A model generated the notes under the pieces. The model had not been told where the DNA came from and ran no database searches. It saw only the letters and a list, made by a program, of their open reading frames with translations. A stretch of DNA of 62,890 nt, the filler included, from Lenisia limosa (Eukaryota > Protista > Breviatea), in assembly GCA_001655205.1 (NCBI GenBank). It is 11 parts of 11 records of this genome, joined end to end, with 100 filler letters (N's around TTAATTAATTAA, not from the genome) between each part and the next. Parts side by side here need not be neighbours in the genome. Positions count along the whole stretch, not along the records: positions 9,379 to 13,392 come from LPNZ01004484.1; positions 13,493 to 22,809 come from LPNZ01008787.1; 9 more parts are not named here. One strand, given 5' to 3'. A program made the position numbers and the translations under genes. Below are positions 9,379 to 21,293 of the stretch, piece after piece. Every line of letters starts with the position of its first letter. The first letter of the stretch is position 1.

Positions 9379-12369
9379 ACACAATCTTGAGTGCATGTCT
9401 CACCAGTAGTGGCAGCAGAAGTAGCTGAAGTGATTAACAGGAGGAGGAAGTAAAGGTGGCAGCATTAAACCTGTGGGCGGACAACTCACCTCCAAAAGAG
9501 AATCCGCCAGCAGCAGGAGCAGCAGCAGGGGCAGCAGGGGCTGAAATAGTGAGATTTTGAAATCGTGTTCAAAGGCTAGTTAGTATCTTCATCCTCATAC
9601 TGCCGAAACTGAAGCCTCCAGCANNNNNNNNNNNNNNNNNNNNNNNNNNNNNNNNNNNNNNNNNNNNNNNNNNNNNNNNNNNNNNNNNNNNNNNNNNNNN
9701 NNNNNNNNNNNNNNNNNNNNNNNNNNNNNNNNNNNNNNNNNNNNNNNNNNNNCAGGGGTGGCTCCGAAGAGTCCGCCGGCGGCAGCAGGGGCTGCAGCCT
9801 TATCTGTAGTTGTTGCACCTTGGATGTAACATATTAAATATTTGGACTACAAATTACATAACATATCATATTCAATAACACCGATAATTTTCCTGAAAAC
9901 ATGGCAATATATGAAATAGCATATGATTTCATATCATATACGTGATAAGACCGAGAATGCCCAAAGCAGAAAGTATCACGCCCGGATGGGAAGGTCTTAT
10001 TAGATGAGTCGGAATTTTTTTCAGAACAATCAGTAAAGACTTTCCACGGTCAGTTTTGTTTTGAAAAAAAAAGTGGAGAATATTAAAAATTGAGCACCTA
10101 CCAAAAGAAAATCCGGTGGAAGCAGCAGGGGCAGCAGCAGGAGGAACGGAAGCAGCGGGTGCGGCTATATTGTATGACAACACTAGCCCCTGTCTTGCGC
10201 GGTACGTGTTTAACAGTGAAAAACCAGCTCCTTTAAATGCTTCCCATACCTCCAAAATTGAAGCCTCCAGCGGCGGCAGGACCTGAGCAAGTCAAATAGT
10301 ATCTCAATATAGATATAAAAAAAACATATATGTGGGTCCTCAAAGCTCCGGACATCATTCAAAATTCCCGGACACATCAAAACTCCCGGACAGCTTGAAG
10401 TTGACACCTTGTATAGGCCATTGCTAGTGTTTTTTTGAAAAAATGCTTCGACAGATATATAGAGAAATGGACCTCCTAATGTTCCCTTACTTTTTTTTTT
10501 TTCAATTTTGAGCAAATGTCAAAAATCCGTGAATTTGGTCTCCCGGGGGTCCCCTTTTGCCTTTTCACAGGATTTTTTCTGAATCTTACCCTCTTTTAGT
10601 GTTAAGAAACAAAAATTTGATACCCCTCGGAGTAATTGGGTCCGGGTTCCCATTTGCTTTGGCTATGTAATGGTGAATATTGAGGAAAAAATGCTAAAAA
10701 TAGCACTGTCTACAGGGGTAAACTTTCCCGGATAGTTACCATTTATTCCTTGAATGTGGCCTTTTATAACGGGTTTTGCTTGTTTTTGACCGCTTTTTGA
10801 CCGTAAATAGAGAGCTTAGGGACTTAATTTGGTTTTGACCCGATAATATGTTAAATTGNNNNNNNNNNNNNNNNNNNNNNNNNNNNNNNNNACATTATTT
10901 GATTAAGATTGGGATTACTTTCAAAAACAGAAGGAAAATAGGGTTTCTGGGTGGTTTATGGGGATTTTGTATGGAAAACTCAAGCTGTCCGGGAGTTTTG
11001 AATGATGTCCGGAGCTTTGACTATACATATATGATATTTTGATATTGATCTCTCATTCCACATACCTGCAGCGGGTGCGGCGGCAGGGGTGGCTCCGAAG
11101 AGTCCGCCGGCAGCAGGGGCTGCGGCCTTATCTGTAGTTGTTGCGCCTACGATGTAACATACAAAATAAGGTTGTGTGACAAAGTGTATCAATTTTTTAC
11201 TGACCAAATAAGAGGATGGAACAAAGAAGGGAAGGCGCATGGATGGAACAAAGAAGGGAAGGAAGGAGCATGGATGGAACAAAGAAGGAGCATGCATGGA
11301 ACGAAGAAGGGAAGGAGCATGGATGCATGAAACAAAGAAGGGAAGGAGCATCAAAGTAGCCCTTGAGCCCGTCAATTCCCACCAAAAGTGAAACCGGTTG
11401 ATGCAGCCGGGGTGGTGGAGGCAGGGGCTACAGGGGTGGCTGCTTGATTATTTTGTCCACACAAAAATGACAATGTAAGAAAGTCCCCCTCCCCTCCAAC
11501 CTCCAAAGTTGAAACCTCCCGCAGCAGGGGCTATGGTGTAAATAAAACAAGAACTACTGGGGGAATAAATATCTACAACACTGCATAGAGAATGATAAGT
11601 ATCAACTCTGAAATAAAGCATCTACTCATACAACAGTACAATCTAAATATCCCTTCTCAAGAAGACTGGCGACGCTTACCAGCTCCTGTAGCAGGGGCAG
11701 CTGCAGTTGTAGCTGGGTGTGTAAAATGCCAAGAAAATAATGGAAACTATCAGAGCGTGTAAAACGCCAAGATAATAATGGGGACTCTCAAAAGGTCAGA
11801 GGGTAGGTAGTCTCTAAAATAAAACAGCACAGCACAAATTAAAATGAAGAAAACACTGTGCGTACATCTTTTGTAACGATTGTACTTGCTTTTTTTGTTT
11901 TTAAGTGTTTTCTTCATTTTAATTTGTGCTGTTCTGTTATATTTAAGAGACTACCTACCCTATGACCTTTTGAGAGTCCCCATTATTATCTTGGCGTTTT
12001 ACACGCTCTGATAGTCTCCATTATATTCTGGTGTAGTAATGTGTGTATGTTCTCTAAAGGAGGCGAACCGGCAGTAATGTCCCTCAAACTAGTTCCAAAA
12101 TTAAAACCTCCAGCAGCAGGAGTAGCAGCGGGTGTTCCAAAGCCAAATGACGCTACAAACTGTTACTACTTACCTCAACCCTCGCCAATTGTTCAATTCC
12201 TCCCAATTTTATACTTAATATCTCAATCCAAAGCCAAAACTCACAGGTAGGGGCTGCTGCAGCGGCTCCAGGAGTAGCTGAAGGATGAAATAATTCTTTA
12301 AATGCCATTCCACCCTTAGTTTTGAGTATTTTACATACCTGCAGGAGCACCAAAGTTAAAACCTGCCAT
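9379..12369 (-). CDS. FG-repeat nucleoporin (Nsp1/Nup62-like FG region), many micro-exons, 3'-truncated
   Basis: Starts MAGFNFGAPA at 12369. Successive small exons encode SFGFGTPAATPAAGGFNFGT, AAPAAGGLFGATPAAAPAA, AAAGGFNFGG and AAPAASTGFSFG. Confidence 0.8.
10322..11040. mobile_element. ~720-bp non-autonomous TIR element (Tc1/pogo-like) in a nucleoporin intron
   Basis: Left arm catatatgt...tcaaagctccggacatcattcaaaa...ctcccggacagcttga is inverted at right as tcaagctgtccgggagttttgaatgatgtccggagctttgactatacatatatg. Confidence 0.65.
11214..11352. repeat. ~27-bp purine-rich minisatellite (GGATGGAACAAAGAAGGGAAGGAGCAT-like)
   Basis: About five degenerate tandem copies are directly visible. Confidence 0.8.
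11729..12031. repeat. Long near-perfect inverted repeat (foldback), arms ~128 bp, loop ~46 bp
   Basis: 11729-11857 is the reverse complement of 11904-12031 with few mismatches. Confidence 0.9.
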
Positions 12370-12690
12370 GATAATCAAGTAACGCGCAAACTAAAGAAGA
12401 CAATACGATGTGGATCGAGCTAAAAACTTCCTTATCAAGTTACAGAACAACAACGCAACCACAACAAACGCACCACAGAGAACCTGGAAAAGAAATCCAT
12501 TTTTGCTAAATAGTGGTTGATCGTTGATCAATTCACCAGCAGAACAAAAAAAAATGTTTTTGTCAGCTGTTTGTCAGTGAATTTGAAGCTAATTTGTAGC
12601 CTCTGAGCAGCAACTGGCTGGCAACTCCATGTGTATACTAATTACTAATAAGGTGCAATAGCGAAATAGCCCCCCCCCCTCTCATCCATC

Positions 12691-13170
12691 ATGTACACAA
12701 TGCCTGAACACTTGCCAAACTCCCCTAATTCACCTTCAAAAAGGTCATTCTCTGCTTCAGGACAGACGTTGCCCTTCCCAATCGTAATAAAACGACTACT
12801 TCAAGGAGAATACCTTCAAGTCTCCCAGGTTTGTCTCATATCCCTGATGTGTGTTCACTAATTGTTTTACAGGTTAGGATCGATGACCTCCTTCAATTAC
12901 AAGCCGAAGGGCTGTTCCAGGACCCTCCAAGTGCCCCATGCCCATCCCTCAAAGCTGCTGCTGCCCTTGCGCAAGGTATTGAGTAATTCATTCGTCATCG
13001 AAATTTTTATCATCCCTTTATTATCACGTCGTACTGACTTCGTTAGTTGAGAAAGCCATTAAATTTGGGATAGCTGGGCCCTTTGGTGTCGAAAACGTGA
13101 GTAATAAACCGCCAGTTGAAGTAGGCTTGACAATTGGACAATGGATTGTTCTTTGTCTCCAGTTGTAGCT
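12691..13170 (+). CDS. Unknown multi-exon protein, divergent from the nucleoporin
   Basis: Exon-like blocks QTLPFPIVIKRLLQGEYLQ|VRIDDLLQLQAEGLFQDPPSAPCPSLKAAAALAQ|VEKAIKFGIAGPFGVEN with GT/AG borders; start uncertain. Confidence 0.35.
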
Positions 13171-13686
13171 AAGGATAACATTCTCTCTTAAAACGTGTCG
13201 GTAAATGGAATATTGTTGATGCAAATACGTATTAATTAATTATTATCTTGGAGGAATCTATAGATGTTATGTACATATATACATGTATGAGGACCTAAGA
13301 TGTAGGTTCCATCATTTTTGTGTTCTTCTTCTTAGTATCCAACTTTTTTAAAAGAGTTCCTTCTGATATCGCGAGAAACAACTTTTTTTTTTNNNNNNNN
13401 NNNNNNNNNNNNNNNNNNNNNNNNNNNNNNNNNNNNTTAATTAATTAANNNNNNNNNNNNNNNNNNNNNNNNNNNNNNNNNNNNNNNNNNNNTGAAATGG
13501 ATGACATCTGGATGGCATGAATACTGCTTGACAGATCCTTGGCGTCTTTATGTATCTACTGAGATTTGGGGTGTCATCAAAAGCAAAACATATCAACACA
13601 ATACCATTTCATTACCAAATGACTCTGTGTTAGTCCTGCTTCAGGCATAAATGTTGTTATTGTTATTATTGACTTTTCCCCCTCAG

Positions 13687-14345
13687 GCTGGACTAACTCT
13701 TGCACACCATTGTGCTGAAACTGGCCGGCTAGATATTCTAAAGTTCCTTGTTTCCAAGAACGTTTCGCTCAAAAAGAAGAACTGCGTGGGTTCCTTTGGC
13801 TGCAGAATCTCTCACTCTTTAGTTTGGCTCTCAAGTACAGCATATTGCTGCTGAATTTGGGTTCCTCAAAATGTTGAAGTACCTTGTTGAAGAAGGCAAG
13901 CTGCTTGATGATACTGACAAAGTATATTGGAAGTCCGGTTTTTATGAACTCGTCCTATTTTTGCTACATCACAATCATATATATTGTTGATTAGAAAATA
14001 GCGTTGTCTATGGTGACTCTTTAGAATGGACACACGGTTGCTCATTTGGCGTGTATGTATGGTCATCTGAACATTGTGGAGTGGATAGCGAAGGAGCACA
14101 ACGGTCTTTGTCTTGGGACCAATGACGCTGTTAGCGGAAGTATCCTTTTTTCCTGCTGTCTTACCCTGCAACCCTCCTATTTTATGTATCTTTTTCACAT
14201 TCCCATCTTACCCCCCTCCAGAAAGAAAAAACCCCATATCAACTGGCCCNNNNNNNNNNNNNNNNNNNNNNNNNNNNNNNNNNNNNNNNNNNNNNNGGAT
14301 ATCACCGACTTTTTGATGAAGACCCTTCCGGCTGTTTGCCAATAG
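13687..14345 (+). CDS. Ankyrin-repeat protein, 5'-partial
   Basis: Three exons each encode one ankyrin repeat: GLTLAHHCAETGRLDILKFLV, HIAAEFGFLKMLKYLVE, NGHTVAHLACMYGHLNIVEWIA. Ends DITDFLMKTLPAVCQ*. Confidence 0.8.
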
Positions 14346-14599
14346 ACCGCTCTAAATTTCTTTTTTTCTTGCTTTGTTTCAGGGGTTTTTTCTCTCTATT
14401 TAATGTATGTATATTACACTCTAGATCAATCTAGTCTTATATGAAGAGCACTGCTATTCATTTCTTATTCTCTCATTTCATTATGGGTCAAAAATAAATT
14501 AACAGCAAAATAGGGACATGTGAGACATATGATATCAGACATCATAATGAGATATTCCCTCTTGAAATCAGAATTTCCATCAACAATTATCTTTAAAAA

Positions 14600-16064
14600 A
14601 ATCAGAAAGTATACGGGATCATGGTAATTTTAGAATTGGAACATTGTCCTTCTTCTTCTTCACACCACCTGTGCGCTTCTTCCACTCCTATACTGTGATT
14701 TGGAAAAAAGTAAAAATTAGAAATATGCACCAGCAAATTTTGAAACTGTGTGAATAAGAAATAAACAGCTGCCTCATATAAATACCCTCCCAGCATTCTC
14801 ACCTTGAAGCCTTTCTGGGTTTTTCGCTTCTTTTGCCTATCTGTCATATTAAGATTCGCAGTTCTTGGCGGTCCATAGCACCGAATACCTTGAAAATAAG
14901 AGCTGCATTGCCCAAAATCAAAACAAATAGTCATAGACTTTACATCCTTGTCTTATTTCTCATCTCTATATGACAATCCGTGAAAGTTCTTTAGAAATGA
15001 AGACACATAGCCACACACCCATTCCATCGCACATACGACACCTCGGTAATGCGCCTCCACATTGAAAACATCTCTCGGCGTTGGATGGAACAAAACCTGG
15101 ACAATCATGGTTCTCTTATCAGCAATGGATAGCGCACTCTGAGAGAAATGGGATAAGCAAAAGCAAACTCTTCCCAGACATATCGTCCTGATGTGTATTT
15201 GTTTCCCTTGTTTTGTATTCAATACATTATTTTTTTGAAAACAAAAAAAAGAGCAAACTAGTGATCAAAATGGGCTCGAACTCAAAAAGGCGGGGTTGAA
15301 ACAAGGATATTTTCCAATGAAAGGAGTACGTGGAGTACCGTGAAATACTTTCACTACCCTATCAAAAAAAAGAATGGAGGCAATGATTAGAAAAATCGAG
15401 GGGGGAGTAAAACGAAGGAAAAATTCAACGAAGAATATTGGAGTAAAACTTATATTGGGAGAGTTATGGAGAAAAGTCGTCAACCTTGTTTTTGAGAAAG
15501 TTCCCAAGCCTCAGCGGCCAAGGACCGTGAATACTCATCAAACAAAGGAGAGCGAACCTTTACCACTGCAGGCACGGCATGCAAGATTGGTACCGCCACA
15601 AATGATGCACAGAATACTTTGAGGGGGCAGCTGACCTGATGTGTTAGTGTGAAACTAAAAAAATGATGCCTTCAGTCATAGCAAAGTGAAGAAATACGTT
15701 TAATAGAGAGCCGCCCCCTACCAGTTCCATCACAAGCACCACAAGTATAAGAGCTTCCGTAGCAGAAGAAACATTGAACAGGACCATTGGGGTCCTGAGG
15801 GTCTGTTGATGCTGGTGGTGCTATTTGGCCTTGCTGTAGAATGGCAGGAACAACAGGTTGAGCAGAAGGAGGAAGTGCTTCAGTGGATGCGTTTGGGTTG
15901 ATCGACTGGTATGCTCTCATGTAGGCTTCCATATACATCTTCTGTGCATTGTCGTCTGGAGCAGGGCCATCTGGAAGAGGAGGAGCTTCCGTTGGTGGTG
16001 GAGGAGCTACTGTTTCGTCAACCTCATAGACGGTGTTGTCAGTGTCAACGAACTCTTCCACCAT
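14600..16064 (-). CDS. Pro-rich protein with CxxC-x6-CxxCxG zinc-binding-like modules; downstream exons uncertain
   Basis: ORF 15672-16064 contains CFFCYGSSYTCGACDGTG; ~15550-15615 reads CIICGGTNLACRACSGKG in one frame. Confidence 0.45.
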
Positions 16065-16362
16065 CTTCGTCTGAGTCTAAGCTACACTATTCTCTATTCA
16101 CTTTCTTTATCTATTTATTATTTATTCAATTATTCAAACTTAATATTTCCCTTTTTTGAGACCTGCTGTGTCAACCTGGCACGGGCCAGGGTCAAGCTGC
16201 TCAGTTGCGCCCATTCCTTCATGTACACTCCAAAACAATCAAAATACAATATCTATATATATATATATATATATTATTAGTACAAACAACAATCAAACAA
16301 CCAACGGGCCTAGGTGGCCTTTAGAGGAACACTTGTCCCCTTCATGTTTGAAACGATGAAAA

Positions 16363-19300
16363 TCAATAGTCTTCGCCCTCGTCCTTATTGTTGTTATCAT
16401 CTTCAAAGTCGTCCTCAAAATCGTCATCAAAATCGTCAAACGTTTCTTCCTTCGATGGTTCTACAGCAATCAGCCCTGGTTCGACAAATGATTCAGGCTA
16501 GTAATTAGGAAGTGGTGGAAATTGACGGATAAAAACATTAGGAGAATGAAAAAGCCCCTACCGCCAAGAGAGGAGTTCATTGAGAGGCTGCTTTCGGGCC
16601 TGTTGTCCTTCACAGGGGCTAAGTGGTCAGCATAGATAAAAAAAATGATTTAGAACTAAGGAATAAAAAAGTTTCTGCTCAACTTCGTGAAAAAAAACAA
16701 AAACAGAATGAACTCACCATCAGGACCTGCCGTTCGGGGCACTGTGGCATCTTCCTTTTGTCCCACCTTCTTTTCTTGCACCTTCTCTTCTTCCCTTTCC
16801 TCCTTCTTCTGTTCTTCCTTTACTTCTTTCTTCTTTTCTTCCTCTTTAACCTCTTCCTTCTTCTCTTCTTTTATTTCTTCTTTCTTCTCTTCTTCTTTTA
16901 CTTTTTCCTTTACTTCTTCTTCCTCCTTTTTTTCTTCTGGCTTAACTTCTTCCTTCTTTTCAACATTTTTTGATTGCTTCTTTCTCCATGCATTTTGCAT
17001 TGCTCTTGCAGCTGCCTGCTCTTCTGGTCCATCACCAATATCAACTTCTTCTTCTTCCGCCTTCTCTTCCATCTTCTCTTCCTTCTTTACTTCTTCCTTC
17101 TTCTCTTCCTTCTTATTTTCCCCAGCCTTCTCTTCTTCCTTCTTCTCTTCATCTTCATCTTCTTCAAAATCATCATACACATCATCTTCCTCTTCCTTCT
17201 CTACCTGTTTCGCTTCTGGCTTAACCTCCTCTTCCTTCTTTTCTACATTTTTTGAATGCTTCTTTCTCCACGCATTTTGCATTGCTCTGGCAGCTGCCTG
17301 CTCCTCTGGTCCATCACCAATGTCAATAACTTCTTCTTCCTTCTTCTCTTCCTTCTTTCCTTCTTCCTTCTTATTTTCCCCAGCCTTCTCTTCTTCCTTC
17401 TTGTTCCCTTCAACCTTCTCTTCCTTCTTCTCTTCTTCCGTTACTTCTTCCTTCTTCTCTTCTTTCTTCTCATCCTCCTTCTCTCCTTCCTTTATTTCTT
17501 CCTTCTTCTCTTCCGTCTTCTCTTCTTCCTTCTTGTCCACATTTTTTGATTGCTTCTTTCTCCACGCATTTTGCATTGCTCTTGCAGCTGCCTGCTCCTC
17601 TGGTCCATCACCAATGTCAATAACTTCTTCTTCCGCCTTCTCTTCCTTCTTATCTTCTTCCGCCTTCTCTTCCTTCTTATCTACTTCCGCCTTCTCTTCC
17701 TTCTTATCTTCTTCCGCCTTGTCTTCCTTCTTTACTTCTTCCTTCTTATCTTCTTCCTTCTTATCTTCCTTCTTTACTTCTTCCTTCTTCTCGTCCTTCT
17801 TCTCAACCTCCGCTGTCTCCTCCTCCTTCTTCTTCTCTTCTTCCAAAACAATACCACTCTCAGTCTCCTGTGCTCTCTGATCATCCGTTGTGTTCTCAGC
17901 CACAACAGGACTGGCGGCGGTCGTCGAAGCGTCAGCCTTTTTCGCCTGTTTCTTGCGCCAGGCGCCCTGCACGGTACGGGCGGCCGCCTGTTCCTCCGGT
18001 CCGTCTCCAATATCGATTTCCTCTTCCGGGGCCCGAGGGCTGGCAGGTAACGTAGCGGTGGAGGGCGTCTTAGTGACAGGACTAGGTGGAAGTTCTGCAG
18101 TTGACGGGGACTGCGTGACAGGGCTCGGAGGGAGCTCGGCTGTAGACGGAGAAGTTCCGAGGGGTGCAGCAGCGGCATCAGGAGACGCAGCTTTCTCATC
18201 TGAATGCGTTGTGTCAACTGCGGGGGGTGATGAAGAGGATTGGGGTTCTTCGGCAGTGCTGGGGGTAGGGCCAGTAGGGTCTGCAGAAGTCACCTCTGTG
18301 TTAGCTTGGGTATTTTCCTGGGTATTTTCTTGGGTATTTTCTTGAGTGCTCTCCTGTGTGGTGGAAGCTTCAGAAGTTGTATTTGTTGCTGGGGAAGTCT
18401 TTTTCTTTTTCTTGCGCTCAATACGTGGGGGTCCCAAGTAGGCAGGAGGGCCTAAAAAGAGTGACTACTAACAAAAACAAATAAAAAAAGGGGGGGGGAG
18501 GGGGGGGGGGTAAAACAAAGGACATTTTGANNNNNNNNNNNNNNNNNNNNNNNNNNNNNNNNNNNNNNNNNNNNNNNNNNNNNNNNNNNNNNNNNNNNNN
18601 NNNNNNNNNNNNNNNNNNNNNNNNNNNNNNNNNNNNNNNNNNNCAAACACGAGTAACTAACGGGGATATGATACAGGGAGGTTGTTACCAACCAGTTGGT
18701 CTCTCCCTTGGCTTCGATTTCTGAAGTGGCGTGGCGCCTGCACTCACACGTGATGGTGACGCACCCTTTGTGGACGAAATCCATGGTAACCGTTCTACTA
18801 TGTCAACACTGTAGATCGCTTGATAATCTCACCCCTTATGTTTGGAAGATCTACTTGCTATTTATAAATAAAAGACACGGAATAGAAATGCTCATAAGAG
18901 CCAAGTACCTGCAATAGGAACGGCCTTCGGTGGCGGAAGAGGCTTTTTCTTGACTTGTTTGTCCGCGTTAGAACGGTGGGGCGCTGGAGGAGGGCGTGGC
19001 TTCCGTTCGCGCTAATTTGTTACAAAGCATACCCCAGAAACATGCATGCATTGTATTATCTGTCTGAACTAACCGTAGGTTGCGGAAGGGGTTCCGGAGT
19101 TCCTAGTCGCTTCGGCTTGGGGATCACAGATGTTGAGTTTTTCTGTGAGGAATGAGCAGGAGTCCAGATACTTAAGCCTATGTGAATGGAACATCACCAA
19201 CCGCGGATTCGTATAAGAGATCCATTCGCCTCTGTTGTTCCTGTCGTCTTTCATTGTACTTGCGCTACATACAATAAATCGCATTCCACCATTTAACTAC

Positions 19301-20416
19301 TATCATTACCGATATCAGGAAAATAAAGAGTTTAACTTCCTTACCTTGGTTTCCTCCATTTTGCGTTTCCTTTCCAATTCCCGTTCATGCTCCTCACGAG
19401 ACTTGCGTTCTTTTTCCTGGATCGTCACATATGGATGATACATTGGACTAAAATTCACTTGTTTAATTTTTCCAGAAACAAGAAAGCCAGCAAGAAATGG
19501 AGGATTCTGAACCGGCAAAAAAACAATAACAGTAACGCGCCAAACTACTGTACGAACCTTATTGGCAGCAGCGTCTTTCCTGGCCTGTTCTTTTGCCTTC
19601 TCACGACTAATAAACTCCTAAACAATTCATCCGAGGTTAATATTGTAATAAATGGTCAATAAGTCGAGGGAAAAGGAAACATTCCATTGGGTAGTTTTTG
19701 TGATCCATTGCAGAAAACCAACCTGTTCCACGATACGCGCGCGGCCCGCATGGCGTTCAGGTTCCACCGAGTTGAATGAACGATCAAGCTGGATGGTCAC
19801 CGTTGACGTGGCTCGTGATGAAGCAATAATAATTTTACTTGTGGAAATGCAGAATAATACAACAATCTCTGGCCAAAGCTGCCAACAAAAGACAATATTC
19901 CATTGTGAAACAATGTAAAACTGTCTACTATCGATATAATCTTAAAACATCAAACAGGAATAAAAAGATTGCTAAACCCCACGATAATACCCCCACCAAC
20001 CAATCCATTCTTTTGAAGAGACTTCACCTTTCTGGGGTCGGCGAAATAGGCACTGAGAGCAGGATCCTTTGATATGAGAGAAAGAAACAACTTGGTGAAG
20101 CCAGAAAGAAGCCAAAGAAGCAAATAATCATCATTTTGGCAGTAATTTCACATATATCTTATCAAGACAGACAAGAAGGGCACAGAATACAAACCTTGAG
20201 AGGATCATAGTCTGGGATCTTCGCGTCTCTTGAGACTACAAATCCCGATTCTTGCCTAGCTGCCTGAATCCGCCCTCTTGAACGGCTTTGGCCCGCTCTG
20301 GAACGCGACCTTGTTGGAGAATGGGCCCTTGGAGGGGGATTGTTTGATTCCGCCTCAGGAATGTTAGGGCGAGGGGGATTTCCCTCCCCAGTTGACATTT
20401 TGCTTGATAAATCCAA
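16363..20416 (-). CDS. ERICH3-like N-terminal motif + coiled coil + Glu/Lys-rich region with four IQ-like repeats
   Basis: 5' exons splice to IPDYDPLK|DPALSAYFADPRKVKSLQKNGL|LDRSFNSVEPERHAGRARIVEQ|EFISREKAKEQ. A large exon (~16720-18440) has IDIGDGPEEQAAARAMQNAWRKK x3 plus one diverged copy. The last exon ends in acidic DDFEDDNNNKDEGEDY*. Confidence 0.7.
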
Positions 20417-21293
20417 AGCTCGCAGATATGGGGCGAGAAAAAACCAAAAAATGTATCTTCAAGAATTGATATTCGCGCTATATACTTGAAATAAACTTGG
20501 GTACTCTTTTTTTAATTGTATGTGTTCCCAAAAACACCAAAAAAAAATTCCAAATACTATATAAAGCCTGTAGTGTACTGCACATCTGGTTGATTGTTTT
20601 TTTTTGGTTTTGTGATAAGTGAAGAGTGATAGATCTAAAGTGGTTCTAAAGCATGTTAGAATAGGTACATAAAAGTTTGAATTGAGTATCACTATGGTGT
20701 CTCGAAAACTCCGGTCTAGATCTGCTTCCTCGTTGGTTCCCTCTGCTCCTCTTATTGTTTTAACATTTGCAGGCCAAACATTCAAGTTGTATCGGTGGAG
20801 AATCATCGTAAGATGGGACTATTTTTCTTTTCCTCTATTTGTATTTTTGGTATACTGCTTTTCGAGGCAATCAAGTTCCGGGATATATATCCTAAATCTT
20901 ATATTATTATTAAATACAACACTTGTTTTGTTTTTAATCAAGCCTTTTACCTGTGGTGATTTTTGACCGTTCGCTGACTGCACTTCTTAGGCAAGCGTCC
21001 GTTGCCGACTCTGCCGCCATCATCTTCCCAGTCTTCGCTTAGCTCCGCCAATGCAAGGGATTCTCCCTCAACGGTCAGTTGCTGGGGCTTTTAATTCACT
21101 CTGGAAATTTTTCGTCGCTTCCGTTCTTGCAATTTTGTGATTGATCCAGCCATCAACCCCTNNNNNNNNNNNNNNNNNNNNNNNNNNNNNNNNNNNNNNN
21201 NNNNNNNNNNNNNNNNNNNNNNNNNNNNNNNNNNNNNNNNNNNNNNNNNNNNNNNNNNNNNNNNNNNNNNNNNNNNNNNNNNNNNNNNNNNNA

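Noticed and set aside
16687-18345. Long plus-strand Ser/Phe-rich ORFs (e.g. 16687-17880)
   Set aside because: Antisense shadows of the Glu/Lys-rich exon.
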